Sequence record: MZ443771.1
Reading direction: 5' to 3' (one strand)
Length of the DNA: 64,000 nucleotides
Positions 17,132-24,948 of this stretch are shown here, piece by piece. Positions within the stretch are counted from its first letter, which is position 1. Every line of letters begins with the position of its first letter. The notes below the pieces were generated by a model that was not told the DNA's origin, searched no databases, and saw nothing but the letters and a program-made list of their open reading frames with translations. Made by a program: the position numbers and the translations under genes.

Positions 17132-17752
17132 ATGTTAGTACACATCATTGACGGAAGCGTAGGCGGTAACTATGTATTCCATAATCTGCAAGAGGCTGGC
17201 ATCAACGCGCGTGTTCATGCTCCTAGTGATCCACGTCGCCGCGCAGTAGCAGCAACCTATCCTTCGCTGTCTATGGGATTTACTCCCGAAGAGATTGAGA
17301 AGCATATCGGTAATGTGCTTGGCACGTATCGCGGTCTGTTCTTGATTAGCAGCTACGTTGGTTCGCTGGTGGCTCGCAACATGATTGACCAGTGTGGTCA
17401 GAGTCATAACATCATCTACTGCGATGATCTCAAGTGCGGGTCTACGCCTGTCGTTGCTTCCTCGATTTCTGTAAATGTCTATCAGAAGCAACGACAACTC
17501 GGACGCATTGCAGGTCGAATCAAACACTTCGACTTCGACCATGAGTTCATTGTAGCTGACAAGGCTGTGCGTTTTGCAGCAGGGTCAGAATTTGATGAGC
17601 ATGGTGCGCGTGAAGAACTGGACGACACGCCCAAGTTCTTATCGAGTCCGTCAATGATTGTTGCTGCACACAAACTCGGTGTGAAGCGCAACGTGTATCA
17701 CAACTACGCTGGTCTGGTGCAAGAGTTCCTTGAAAAGCGCCAGCAGCAATAA
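17132..17752 (+). CDS. degenerate glutamate/aspartate racemase (MurI)-like protein
   Basis: Start reassigned to ATG 17132 (RBS gagga). HIIDGSVGG resembles GVFDSGVGG, and TPEEIEK resembles KS.EEI. The two catalytic Cys positions appear replaced (LISSY, RIKHF). Confidence 0.45.
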   Translation: MLVHIIDGSVGGNYVFHNLQEAGINARVHAPSDPRRRAVAATYPSLSMGFTPEEIEKHIGNVLGTYRGLFLISSYVGSLVARNMIDQCGQSHNIIYCDDLKCGSTPVVASSISVNVYQKQRQLGRIAGRIKHFDFDHEFIVADKAVRFAAGSEFDEHGAREELDDTPKFLSSPSMIVAAHKLGVKRNVYHNYAGLVQEFLEKRQQQ

Positions 17753-17764
17753 CGCGAGGGTACG

Positions 17765-18028
17765 ATGATCAATCGCTTTCAGTTAAAACGAGTTCCAGTG
17801 ATTGAAGCATGTCAGTGGAACGGCGAGAACATTGATGAGATGAATCAATTTCTCAACGGTAGCGGTTACGTTGTAGGTCGCTATGTTCAGATTGGTGTTA
17901 CAGACCAATTCGGTAAGCCGACTCTTGCAAACGTATCAGTCGGCAACTATGCAGTGAAACACGAAGACGGTAAGTTCGACGCAATCACCGCATCAGAATT
18001 GATGGACCTTTACGTACTGGCGGATTGA
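17765..18028 (+). CDS. conserved small phage hypothetical protein
   Basis: IEACQWNGEN...GNYAVK...GKF pattern, common in phage ORFs. Confidence 0.7.
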   Translation: MINRFQLKRVPVIEACQWNGENIDEMNQFLNGSGYVVGRYVQIGVTDQFGKPTLANVSVGNYAVKHEDGKFDAITASELMDLYVLAD

Positions 18029-18035
18029 GGAACAA

Positions 18036-18491
18036 ATGAACCTGTTTTCTATTCTAAAGCAGCAAGTGAAGAAAGCGCTGTCGACCGAAGCTAACCACGA
18101 ACCAGAAATACGTGCGCAGTTCGACTGGCGTTACGCTCTTGAGATCAAAGGGCAGATGTACATTGTAGGCAAGACGGGCGCTAACACCTGCTTCTATATT
18201 GAGCCAGGTACTACCGAGCCTGTTGGTTGTTATCCAGATGCGCTTCTGGAGAAGATTGATCAGTGGGGTGGCAGCAAGTATGTTTCGTTTGCTATCTACT
18301 TCAAACACTTCGATAGCCCTGTCGCTGAGAATATCAAGACAGAAGAACAAGCGCTGAAAGGTAAGCCGAAGACATTTAAGAAAGGTTACTTCATCTGCGG
18401 TGTGACACCGAAAGGCAAGCGTATCAAACTGTATCGCTTGCAGCAAGGTCTCAGCGGTATGCAGTGGGTTGCCGTCGAACCTAAAAAGTAA
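18036..18491 (+). CDS. hypothetical protein
   Basis: RBS gagga. Confidence 0.7.
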   Translation: MNLFSILKQQVKKALSTEANHEPEIRAQFDWRYALEIKGQMYIVGKTGANTCFYIEPGTTEPVGCYPDALLEKIDQWGGSKYVSFAIYFKHFDSPVAENIKTEEQALKGKPKTFKKGYFICGVTPKGKRIKLYRLQQGLSGMQWVAVEPKK

Positions 18492-18519
18492 TCACGGTCT
18501 GTCCGTGTGAGGAGCAAGT

Positions 18520-18813
18520 ATGATTAGCGACATTACAGTTGGCCACATCTATAAGTCACCAAGCAATAAACCTTTTATTGTTGACTGCATTGCTGCGCAC
18601 GGACAGGATTGCTCATTGCCTATGGTTGTCTATCGTAATCTTGAAGCTACGTTTGACAAACCTGCTGATAGCATTTGGGTAATCCCTGAATCGTTGTTTG
18701 TGATGCAGTTCTCTGAGTACGAATCAGGAGAGCACCATGAGCACAACGAGCTTGTATCATCATCTGGAGTCAAGGGGATTTTCTCCTTCTTTCTATCACT
18801 GTTGGCTAAGTGA
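18520..18813 (+). CDS. DUF1653-like small beta-barrel protein
   Basis: GHIYKS...FIVDCIA...MVVYRNL...IWVIPESLF. Confidence 0.65.
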   Translation: MISDITVGHIYKSPSNKPFIVDCIAAHGQDCSLPMVVYRNLEATFDKPADSIWVIPESLFVMQFSEYESGEHHEHNELVSSSGVKGIFSFFLSLLAK

Positions 18814-19253
18814 TACGCAAATGACTGTGCCGCTGTTTGGCTTTGACAGAGCTATGCGCGGCCTACAGGTCTACACACCAAATGCACCTAAGCATGACGC
18901 TAACCCGAAAGCCTGTCGTTACTTCACGCGAGCATTCGGTGGCAAGCAGTTGGTGTGGGGATCAGAAATTAAACCTGAACGGGTCGACCGTATTCTTAAC
19001 TGAGTCTGTGTTCAAGGCATGTGCGCTACATCGTCTTGGACTCAACGCTTGGTCCGTTCTTGGTTCAGATGTTAATCTACATCTCTATCGTCAGTTGCGT
19101 CTTCTTGGTCTGCGTTTCGTTTGTCTTGGTGACAACGATGCTGCTGGTGAAAAGTTCAGTCAGACATTCGGACTAGGCACGACGAGCAAAGACCTCGATG
19201 AGATGACAGACGAAGAACTTCGCGATCTAACTCTACCATTCTTGAGGAAGTGA
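18737..19253 (+). pseudogene. Toprim (primase-like) gene split by a +1 frameshift near 18965-18968
   Basis: Frame 1 gives ...RYFT...LVWGSE. Frame +1 continues LNLNGSTVFLTESVFKA...GDNDAAG (Toprim E and DxD). Removing one A from GAAA fuses them into one ORF. Confidence 0.7.
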
Positions 19254-19254
19254 A

Positions 19255-19707
19255 ATGCCAAACGTAACCGAACAGGCGCGCCAACATAAAGTTGAAGTGC
19301 GCATCTTAGGTGCTGTGGGTAGCGGCAAGTCTGCTGTCTATTCAAAGATTGTTGCTGCCCTGACTAACAGTGGCGCGACTGTCAAACACGCAGACGAGAA
19401 AGCGTGGACGATGTTGAAGAATGCTGGTGAAGTTGACCAGTCTTCTGAAACGCTCTACACTTTCAGCCCGGAAGTGACTATCGAAGAAGTTTGCGTTCGC
19501 GCCAACACCGATATGTCGAACAACAAGATCATGCAGTTCTTCGCCTACGCACATCTGCCGCCGCATCTGCAAAAGGTGAGCAAGCCATTCGCTCTGCTGG
19601 CGCAAGAGATGGACCAGTATCTGCCTGACGGTGCTGAGAAAGCTGCGGGTCTGCGTAAACTTCTCGAAGCTAAAGACTGCGCCGTTCGCGCACTCGTAGC
19701 TAAGTAA
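19255..19707 (+). CDS. fusion of a P-loop-like N-terminus and a conserved phage helical-hairpin domain
   Basis: ILGAVGSGKSAV, then MQFFAYAHLPPHLQKVSKPF...LRKLLEAKDCAVRA. Confidence 0.7.
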   Translation: MPNVTEQARQHKVEVRILGAVGSGKSAVYSKIVAALTNSGATVKHADEKAWTMLKNAGEVDQSSETLYTFSPEVTIEEVCVRANTDMSNNKIMQFFAYAHLPPHLQKVSKPFALLAQEMDQYLPDGAEKAAGLRKLLEAKDCAVRALVAK

Positions 19708-19719
19708 CATGGAGCAATC

Positions 19720-20100
19720 ATGCCTAACTTTATTCGTCCACCAGCTTTCATCAAATCGGTTCCTACTATGTCAACGGTCGATGCAACCGATTTCATAGCA
19801 AGTGGTTCTCCTGTGAACCACGTAGTCAATCTGGATGCTGTACAGGCGCTCCACCGCGAACAGATTAGCGCGGGGCACATCGAGCCCTTCTCTAAGTCTA
19901 TCGGTCTGCACCCTGCCGACCCTCTGCCTGAAAACGATCACGTAAGCGTACCTTCATTGGCCTTCTTCCTTGAAGGCGGCGAGTGTGAAATCTGGTACTT
20001 CTGTGGTCCAGAGCTTCCACTTGTCGAGTGGACGAAGCTGCGTGATAAAGTCGAACAGGCTGTATTTGAAAACGCGTACCATCACGACACAGAGTTCTGA
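19720..20100 (+). CDS. hypothetical protein
   Basis: RBS ggag. Confidence 0.7.
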   Translation: MPNFIRPPAFIKSVPTMSTVDATDFIASGSPVNHVVNLDAVQALHREQISAGHIEPFSKSIGLHPADPLPENDHVSVPSLAFFLEGGECEIWYFCGPELPLVEWTKLRDKVEQAVFENAYHHDTEF

Positions 20101-20123
20101 TAACCTGACCAGAGGAGGCAATC

Positions 20124-20150
20124 ATGAACGATTGGTTCTACGACTGGTAA
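20124..20150 (+). CDS. putative 8-aa micropeptide MNDWFYDW
   Basis: Strong SD AGAGGAGG 5 nt upstream, double TAA stop, directly followed by a terminator. Confidence 0.45.
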   Translation: MNDWFYDW

Positions 20151-20154
20151 TAAC

Positions 20155-20180
20155 AAAGGGTGGCTTCGGCTGCCCTTTTC
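20155..20180 (+). terminator. Rho-independent terminator
   Basis: AAAGGGTGGC-TTCG-GCTGCCCTTT then T/C. Confidence 0.8.
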
Positions 20181-20301
20181 TGATCTTAGACGACTAAAAC
20201 ATGCCTATAGGGATAGCGAATAACCGTGCGTAAAGCGTATAAAACCATGTGTAGACAGCGCAGAAACACCACCTTTTTCTTGAGCAGTGTCAAGCGCTTA
20301 A

Positions 20302-20313
20302 AATCTGTAAATA
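20302..20313 (+). promoter_or_regulatory. motif A (AATCTGTAAATA)
   Basis: Intergenic, about 40 nt before ATG 20353. Confidence 0.6.
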
Positions 20314-20352
20314 AGCATCAGATACCAATAACGATTCTTGAAAAGGATAAAA

Positions 20353-20754
20353 ATGAGACCCGAGACCATCGCACGAACGTATAGAGTCCCAAGCCAGACT
20401 TTGGAGACAGTTCACAATATCTGCGAACGCCAAGGCGTAAGATTATCTGACATTGTTCGACGCTATGCCCAATTCGTCGTGCGTACTCGCGGTGAGTTTC
20501 TGCGTTCGGCTCCTCGGCCAGAATCGTCCCAGCTCAACGTGCGTATGCCTTTTGATTTAGCACATTCGTTTAGTCTTGTGTGCAAACAATCTGGCTCTGG
20601 TACCAACACAACTGTGACCAGTTTCCTGAATGAGATCGTTCAACTCAATCGTATTCCTGAGGAACTTCTGCAAGAGTCGGCAGAAGATGTGCGTGAGTAT
20701 ATCCGCAAAGAACGTGCTCGCCTCGATACACTGGAGGCCCAACTCGGAAAATAA
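20353..20754 (+). CDS. tandem ribbon-helix-helix DNA-binding protein
   Basis: Two RHH-like units: RTYRVPSQTLETV...LSDIVRRY and QLNVRMPFDL. ATG 20353 follows aagga. Confidence 0.6.
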   Translation: MRPETIARTYRVPSQTLETVHNICERQGVRLSDIVRRYAQFVVRTRGEFLRSAPRPESSQLNVRMPFDLAHSFSLVCKQSGSGTNTTVTSFLNEIVQLNRIPEELLQESAEDVREYIRKERARLDTLEAQLGK

Positions 20755-20755
20755 A

Positions 20756-21598
20756 ATGACAGTAATCAGCCCCATTCGTTATCAGGGCAATAAGCGTAGC
20801 CTTATCCCTCTTATTCTTGAAAACACACCTGATGTGAAAGACTGCCCGCGTATGGTCGATGTGTTTGGCGGTAGTGCCACCGTGTGCGCGAACATGCCTC
20901 AGAAGTTTCGCGTCTACAACGAGCTTAGTCCTCAGGTGTATGAGATCGTTAAGATGCTTGTCGAGCAAGACCCGAAGAAAACATTGGGTCAAGTCAAGCG
21001 TCTGGTAAAGCACTGGTGCCTGACAAACAGCAACGAAGCGAACTATGACGCGTTTCGAACTGTCGTCCAGAAGAAGCGTACTCCCATACTTCACTACGTT
21101 GCGCACAGACACGCACACTCGAACATGCTGCGCTTTAACCAGCAGGGTGTGTACAACGTAGGCTTCGGCGATCGTGGTCTGATTGGAAAGTTCGAGGAGC
21201 TTGAGCATGAGCTTACGACATTCCACCAGCACATGCAGGGTGTTCACCTGACGAACATGAAGTACGGTAAGTTGTTGGGTAGATTAGGCAATCAACTGGA
21301 TTGCAATACGTTCTGCTACTTCGACCCACCGTATCTGGCAAGTGGCGCGATGCAGTACGGCAAGTGGACTGAATCAAACGAACGTAACCTGCTTGCTACG
21401 CTTGAACAACTCAATCGCTTAGGCGTACCGTGGATGTTGAGCAACGTTACAGAGCACAGGCATTTCTCGAACGACCTGTTAAAGCGTTGGCTAAAGAAAC
21501 ACGCGACGACCGTGCTCTACCCGAACAAAAGCTATGCGATGAACAACGGCCAGAGTGGCTCGCATGGTACTGTTGAAATTCTGGCAATGAACTACTGA
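20756..21598 (+). CDS. dam: Dam-like (D12 class) N6-adenine DNA methyltransferase
   Basis: SPIRYQGNK, DVFGGSATV and DPPY. Start reassigned to ATG 20756. Confidence 0.88.
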   Translation: MTVISPIRYQGNKRSLIPLILENTPDVKDCPRMVDVFGGSATVCANMPQKFRVYNELSPQVYEIVKMLVEQDPKKTLGQVKRLVKHWCLTNSNEANYDAFRTVVQKKRTPILHYVAHRHAHSNMLRFNQQGVYNVGFGDRGLIGKFEELEHELTTFHQHMQGVHLTNMKYGKLLGRLGNQLDCNTFCYFDPPYLASGAMQYGKWTESNERNLLATLEQLNRLGVPWMLSNVTEHRHFSNDLLKRWLKKHATTVLYPNKSYAMNNGQSGSHGTVEILAMNY

Positions 21599-21605
21599 GG
21601 CTTCT

Positions 21606-21911
21606 ATGACTATGCGCACAAACCAAAAACTGATCTTCGTGTTAAAAGCACTGACTCGTAAACTGGAAGAGGTCAATGCTCTCGCGTGGTCAATTTCGAA
21701 AGATCCCAGAGATACGTGCGGCGCTATTGATATGTCCGCAATTTCTGACTACTCAGACGAAGGTCTGATCAAAGAAATTGAAATGCGCGCCAATCAAATC
21801 GAAGAACGCAAACGCTACATTGCCGGTCTGCATGGCGGTGCTGATGGTCACTGCCGCGTTGCCAATAGACAAGCAGACGAGCTGTACCAGAAATACTGCG
21901 GCAAACGCTAA
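21606..21911 (+). CDS. hypothetical protein
   Basis: ORF in the gene chain; RBS gagg. Confidence 0.65.
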   Translation: MTMRTNQKLIFVLKALTRKLEEVNALAWSISKDPRDTCGAIDMSAISDYSDEGLIKEIEMRANQIEERKRYIAGLHGGADGHCRVANRQADELYQKYCGKR

Positions 21912-21921
21912 TCTGTAAAAC
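21910..21921 (+). promoter_or_regulatory. motif A variant (AATCTGTAAAAC)
   Basis: Intergenic, about 40 nt before ATG 21963. Confidence 0.5.
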
Positions 21922-21962
21922 AACACTGAACCACTTATTTGACTACACATTAAGGATATACG

Positions 21963-22547
21963 ATGAAAGAGTTCCTGTCTAAATATTTCGATCTGGGTGA
22001 GTATGACCGTTGGCCTGTTATCGGCATGTTCATTCCGATGTTTATCGGTCTGTTCACTGATCATCTGGTGTCTGTTGAAAATCAGCTTTACGTCACGGTG
22101 CTGTTTATCGCGTTTCTCGTTGTGTGCGTTTGGCAAGATGCACGTAATCTGAAAGAAGCTGGCTTCGATCATCCGTCACGCGGCTGGGTGCTGCTTATCC
22201 CTGTGTATCTTTTCCGCCGCGACCACGTAACAAAGAAAAAGAACCATCGCATCTTCCTCGCGTGGATGTTGTTGTTCTGTGTCTCTGTTGCAAACGGCGT
22301 CTGGGCAATGAACAAAGACCAGAACTATGCTGTCGAGCAAGACGTGTGCTCTGTGCTTGATACGCTTGACTCTCTCAAAGAGAACAACGTGACCTGCGTT
22401 CGTGCGTACAACATGGAAGAACAATACGACGGCTACTGGAAGGGTAGTGCGCACCTGTCAAACAACCGTGACGTAAACGTAAGCGCTGACTACAACAAGT
22501 ATCAAGGTCAGGTGTACGTTCAAATTCATAGTCTGCTGGTGGAGTAA
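21963..22547 (+). CDS. inner-membrane protein (3-4 TM segments plus a soluble C-terminal domain)
   Basis: Hydrophobic segments VIGMFIPMFIGLF, LYVTVLFIAFLVVCVW, WVLLIPVYLF and IFLAWMLLFCVSV. Confidence 0.75.
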   Translation: MKEFLSKYFDLGEYDRWPVIGMFIPMFIGLFTDHLVSVENQLYVTVLFIAFLVVCVWQDARNLKEAGFDHPSRGWVLLIPVYLFRRDHVTKKKNHRIFLAWMLLFCVSVANGVWAMNKDQNYAVEQDVCSVLDTLDSLKENNVTCVRAYNMEEQYDGYWKGSAHLSNNRDVNVSADYNKYQGQVYVQIHSLLVE

Positions 22548-22549
22548 TC

Positions 22550-23248
22550 ATGGAACAGAACATGCAAGACATGCCTGTGCATATCATCAACGGCTTCCAG
22601 TTCAACAAGAAATCTGCTGCGCTGTTTGGCTACGCGCTCGACCTTGTTCGTCTTGGCGCAGAGATTGATGAATCGTTCTGGATCGATCACATTCGTCCGC
22701 AAGACGAGAAAGCAGATCTGATGCACACGATCTCAATCTCAGGTCCTGTCATTCGTCATCGTGAATTTGACCTCTTCGATTCGCTTGATAAGTGCCGCCG
22801 CAACGCACACATCATTCTCGAAGGTCTGATTGACGGTATGAGCACTATCTGCTCCGAGCTGGAAACAGCGTTCCTTGCAGAAGACGGTCCGTCCCTTCAT
22901 ATCTGCAAGTCAAACCAGAACATGTTCCGTAACGAAACGCTGCAATACTTGACGCGACCTGCGGAAGAACAGGACATTCTCTTGTGTGCTGCCGGACGTA
23001 GACAAGCTGCCCAGCTGTACGACACTGAATCTGTGTTGTTGGCTATTCGTGGTATTGAGTCAAGCTGGCAGTACGTGTGGAACGGCGAGTGGCGGGCACT
23101 GCTTGCGTCAGACGAAGAAACGCGTAGCACTCACTTCCGTCGTTGGTATTACAACCATGTGCTGACAATCCATCGTCTGCGTCATGCCCTATCGTGCCAC
23201 CTGTACACGGTCTATCCTGAACATTTTAACAGAGGTAAGAATGCGTAA
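22550..23248 (+). CDS. hypothetical protein
   Basis: RBS ggag. Confidence 0.7.
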   Translation: MEQNMQDMPVHIINGFQFNKKSAALFGYALDLVRLGAEIDESFWIDHIRPQDEKADLMHTISISGPVIRHREFDLFDSLDKCRRNAHIILEGLIDGMSTICSELETAFLAEDGPSLHICKSNQNMFRNETLQYLTRPAEEQDILLCAAGRRQAAQLYDTESVLLAIRGIESSWQYVWNGEWRALLASDEETRSTHFRRWYYNHVLTIHRLRHALSCHLYTVYPEHFNRGKNA

Positions 23249-23579
23249 GATCAGAGCGTTGTTGAAAATGCGTCATCTGGAACAATTGCGTGATCGTTTC
23301 GAAGATGGTCCGCTGTTTGATATCATCTACTTCGATGGTCAGGCAACCGATGCGCCTCAGTACGTCCGCGAAGTTGTGTGCGACAAGCTGTTCCCTAACA
23401 GCATCGACGAATCTATCGTTGGCGGTTACGACTATCTGGTGCTGGGAGTTCGCGATCAGGACGTGGATATCGAACTCAAGCCGGGTGACTATGTTGTGTT
23501 CCGTGACGACAATAGCTTCGTCACCCTTCGTGGTTTTGATAAAGCAGAGGTGGCTGGTGGAAAACTCGTCCTTCACTGA
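23241..23579 (+). CDS. hypothetical protein
   Basis: ATG 23241 after gagg. Confidence 0.7.
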   Translation: MRKIRALLKMRHLEQLRDRFEDGPLFDIIYFDGQATDAPQYVREVVCDKLFPNSIDESIVGGYDYLVLGVRDQDVDIELKPGDYVVFRDDNSFVTLRGFDKAEVAGGKLVLH

Positions 23580-24036
23580 GTTGCGTGAGCGTCTGGTTAA
23601 GGCGCTCGATATGTCTATCGTAAGTGACGGTCCATCTGCCTGTTACGTCGATGCTATAGGCAAACCAATGGGTCTGGTTAGTCACTGGCGTCCTGAATCA
23701 GCAGAGAACATTCTGCTTGTGATCGAGCGTTACGGTCTGCATGTAGAGCGTATCGTAGCACCTTACCATAAGCCTCGTCCCGGCGAAGAAGATAAGATTG
23801 TGTGGCAGTTCAACGTATGGTCGCGCAATCCAATTTATCGCACACTGTCTCAGGATTACGGACGTAGACTGGAACATGGTCCTCGTGTCGTTGGTCCTGA
23901 TTTGACTACTGCCGTGTTTACGTGGGCGGTACTTCGTGCAGAGCGTGTCAAGCAACTACGCGAGTGTAAAGTAGACGCGAACCTCTACCACTTTGGTGCG
24001 CTGCTGGAGAAGGTATATGTATCACCAGCTCAGTGA
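23557..24036 (+). CDS. hypothetical protein
   Basis: GTG 23557 after gagg. Confidence 0.65.
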   Translation: MENSSFTELRERLVKALDMSIVSDGPSACYVDAIGKPMGLVSHWRPESAENILLVIERYGLHVERIVAPYHKPRPGEEDKIVWQFNVWSRNPIYRTLSQDYGRRLEHGPRVVGPDLTTAVFTWAVLRAERVKQLRECKVDANLYHFGALLEKVYVSPAQ

Positions 24037-24235
24037 CGGCGCGTCTGACGATGAAGTTCGTAAGTATTACGAGCAGATTCACAAGGACGCAGAAGCAATC
24101 ATGCAGCAGGTGTGGGCGCTTCGTGGTTGGACTATTCGCTGGGAGTGGCACAACGGCATTTGCGATGACTGTGAATTTAAACAGGCAAATGCCGTGGCAC
24201 TAAGTCTGATGCCATACCTCAGCAGGTGGGGATAG
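24017..24235 (+). CDS. hypothetical protein
   Basis: ATG 24017 after ggagaagg. Confidence 0.6.
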   Translation: MYHQLSDGASDDEVRKYYEQIHKDAEAIMQQVWALRGWTIRWEWHNGICDDCEFKQANAVALSLMPYLSRWG

Positions 24236-24417
24236 CTGACCGCATCGACGCGCTAAAGCTGTCTGTTTCGCACACCAAGAAATCTGTAAAGATAACTAAC
24301 AAACATGCTGAAAAGCCAGTTGAAGGAAAAGGCCGTAATGTGCGCCTTGCTTATCTCGACTGGTTGCTCAGTGTTGAAAAGCAGAAAGCTGAGGAGAGAA
24401 AGTGCGCTGCAACTTAA
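24226..24417 (+). CDS. small hypothetical protein
   Basis: Overlaps both neighbours; contains a motif A variant at 24281-24292. Confidence 0.55.
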   Translation: MGIADRIDALKLSVSHTKKSVKITNKHAEKPVEGKGRNVRLAYLDWLLSVEKQKAEERKCAAT

Positions 24418-24923
24418 CTGAACTACCAATCAAGCTCGAACAGGCCGAGTTTATTATGGCAAGCGTCTTTGCGCTCGCTGGTGCTTCTAAATCGAAACGC
24501 CGTGCGACTGCTGCGATGCTGGTGCACTTTCACAAAGGCTTCCCCACTATTATCAGTAGTGGCGTGAACGGTACGATGCCTGGTGAGAGCAACGTCATGG
24601 AGAACGCTGACCTGACGCTCTCGCTTGACACTGTTATTCACGCAGAAGCGAACTGCCTGAATCGCATGGAAGAGTACAACATGTGGTCGGACGATCAGGA
24701 CATTTTGTTCTGCACCGATTCGCCGTGTCCAAACTGTCTGGCGTATCTTGAAGCGGAAGGCGTTAAGACGATTGTGTACGCGCGAGAGTATCGCCTGACC
24801 GATCATCTGGATGCGTCTGATATCAAGATGTTCTGTCTCGATATGGATAGCGTTATTCAGCGTATGCAACACAGCATCGACCGCAGCAAAGAAGTGATTG
24901 CAACAACCCCAGCGTCTAATTAA
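24402..24923 (+). CDS. dCMP deaminase (cytidine/deoxycytidylate deaminase family)
   Basis: SGVNG, HAEAN and PCPNC zinc motifs. Confidence 0.88.
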   Translation: MRCNLTELPIKLEQAEFIMASVFALAGASKSKRRATAAMLVHFHKGFPTIISSGVNGTMPGESNVMENADLTLSLDTVIHAEANCLNRMEEYNMWSDDQDILFCTDSPCPNCLAYLEAEGVKTIVYAREYRLTDHLDASDIKMFCLDMDSVIQRMQHSIDRSKEVIATTPASN

Positions 24924-24948
24924 GACCAATAGCAGAGAGGCTCTCAAC

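Noticed and set aside
17466-17477. Additional TCTGTAAAT copy
   Set aside because: It is mid-gene and about 290 nt from the next start, so likely chance.
17132-17752. Phosphoribosyltransferase-like protein
   Set aside because: There is no proper hhhhDDhh.TG.T PRPP motif; the MurI-like pattern fits better.
20280-20310. Sigma70 promoter (TTGAGC or reverse TTGACA)
   Set aside because: No matching -10 box at 16-18 nt spacing on either strand.
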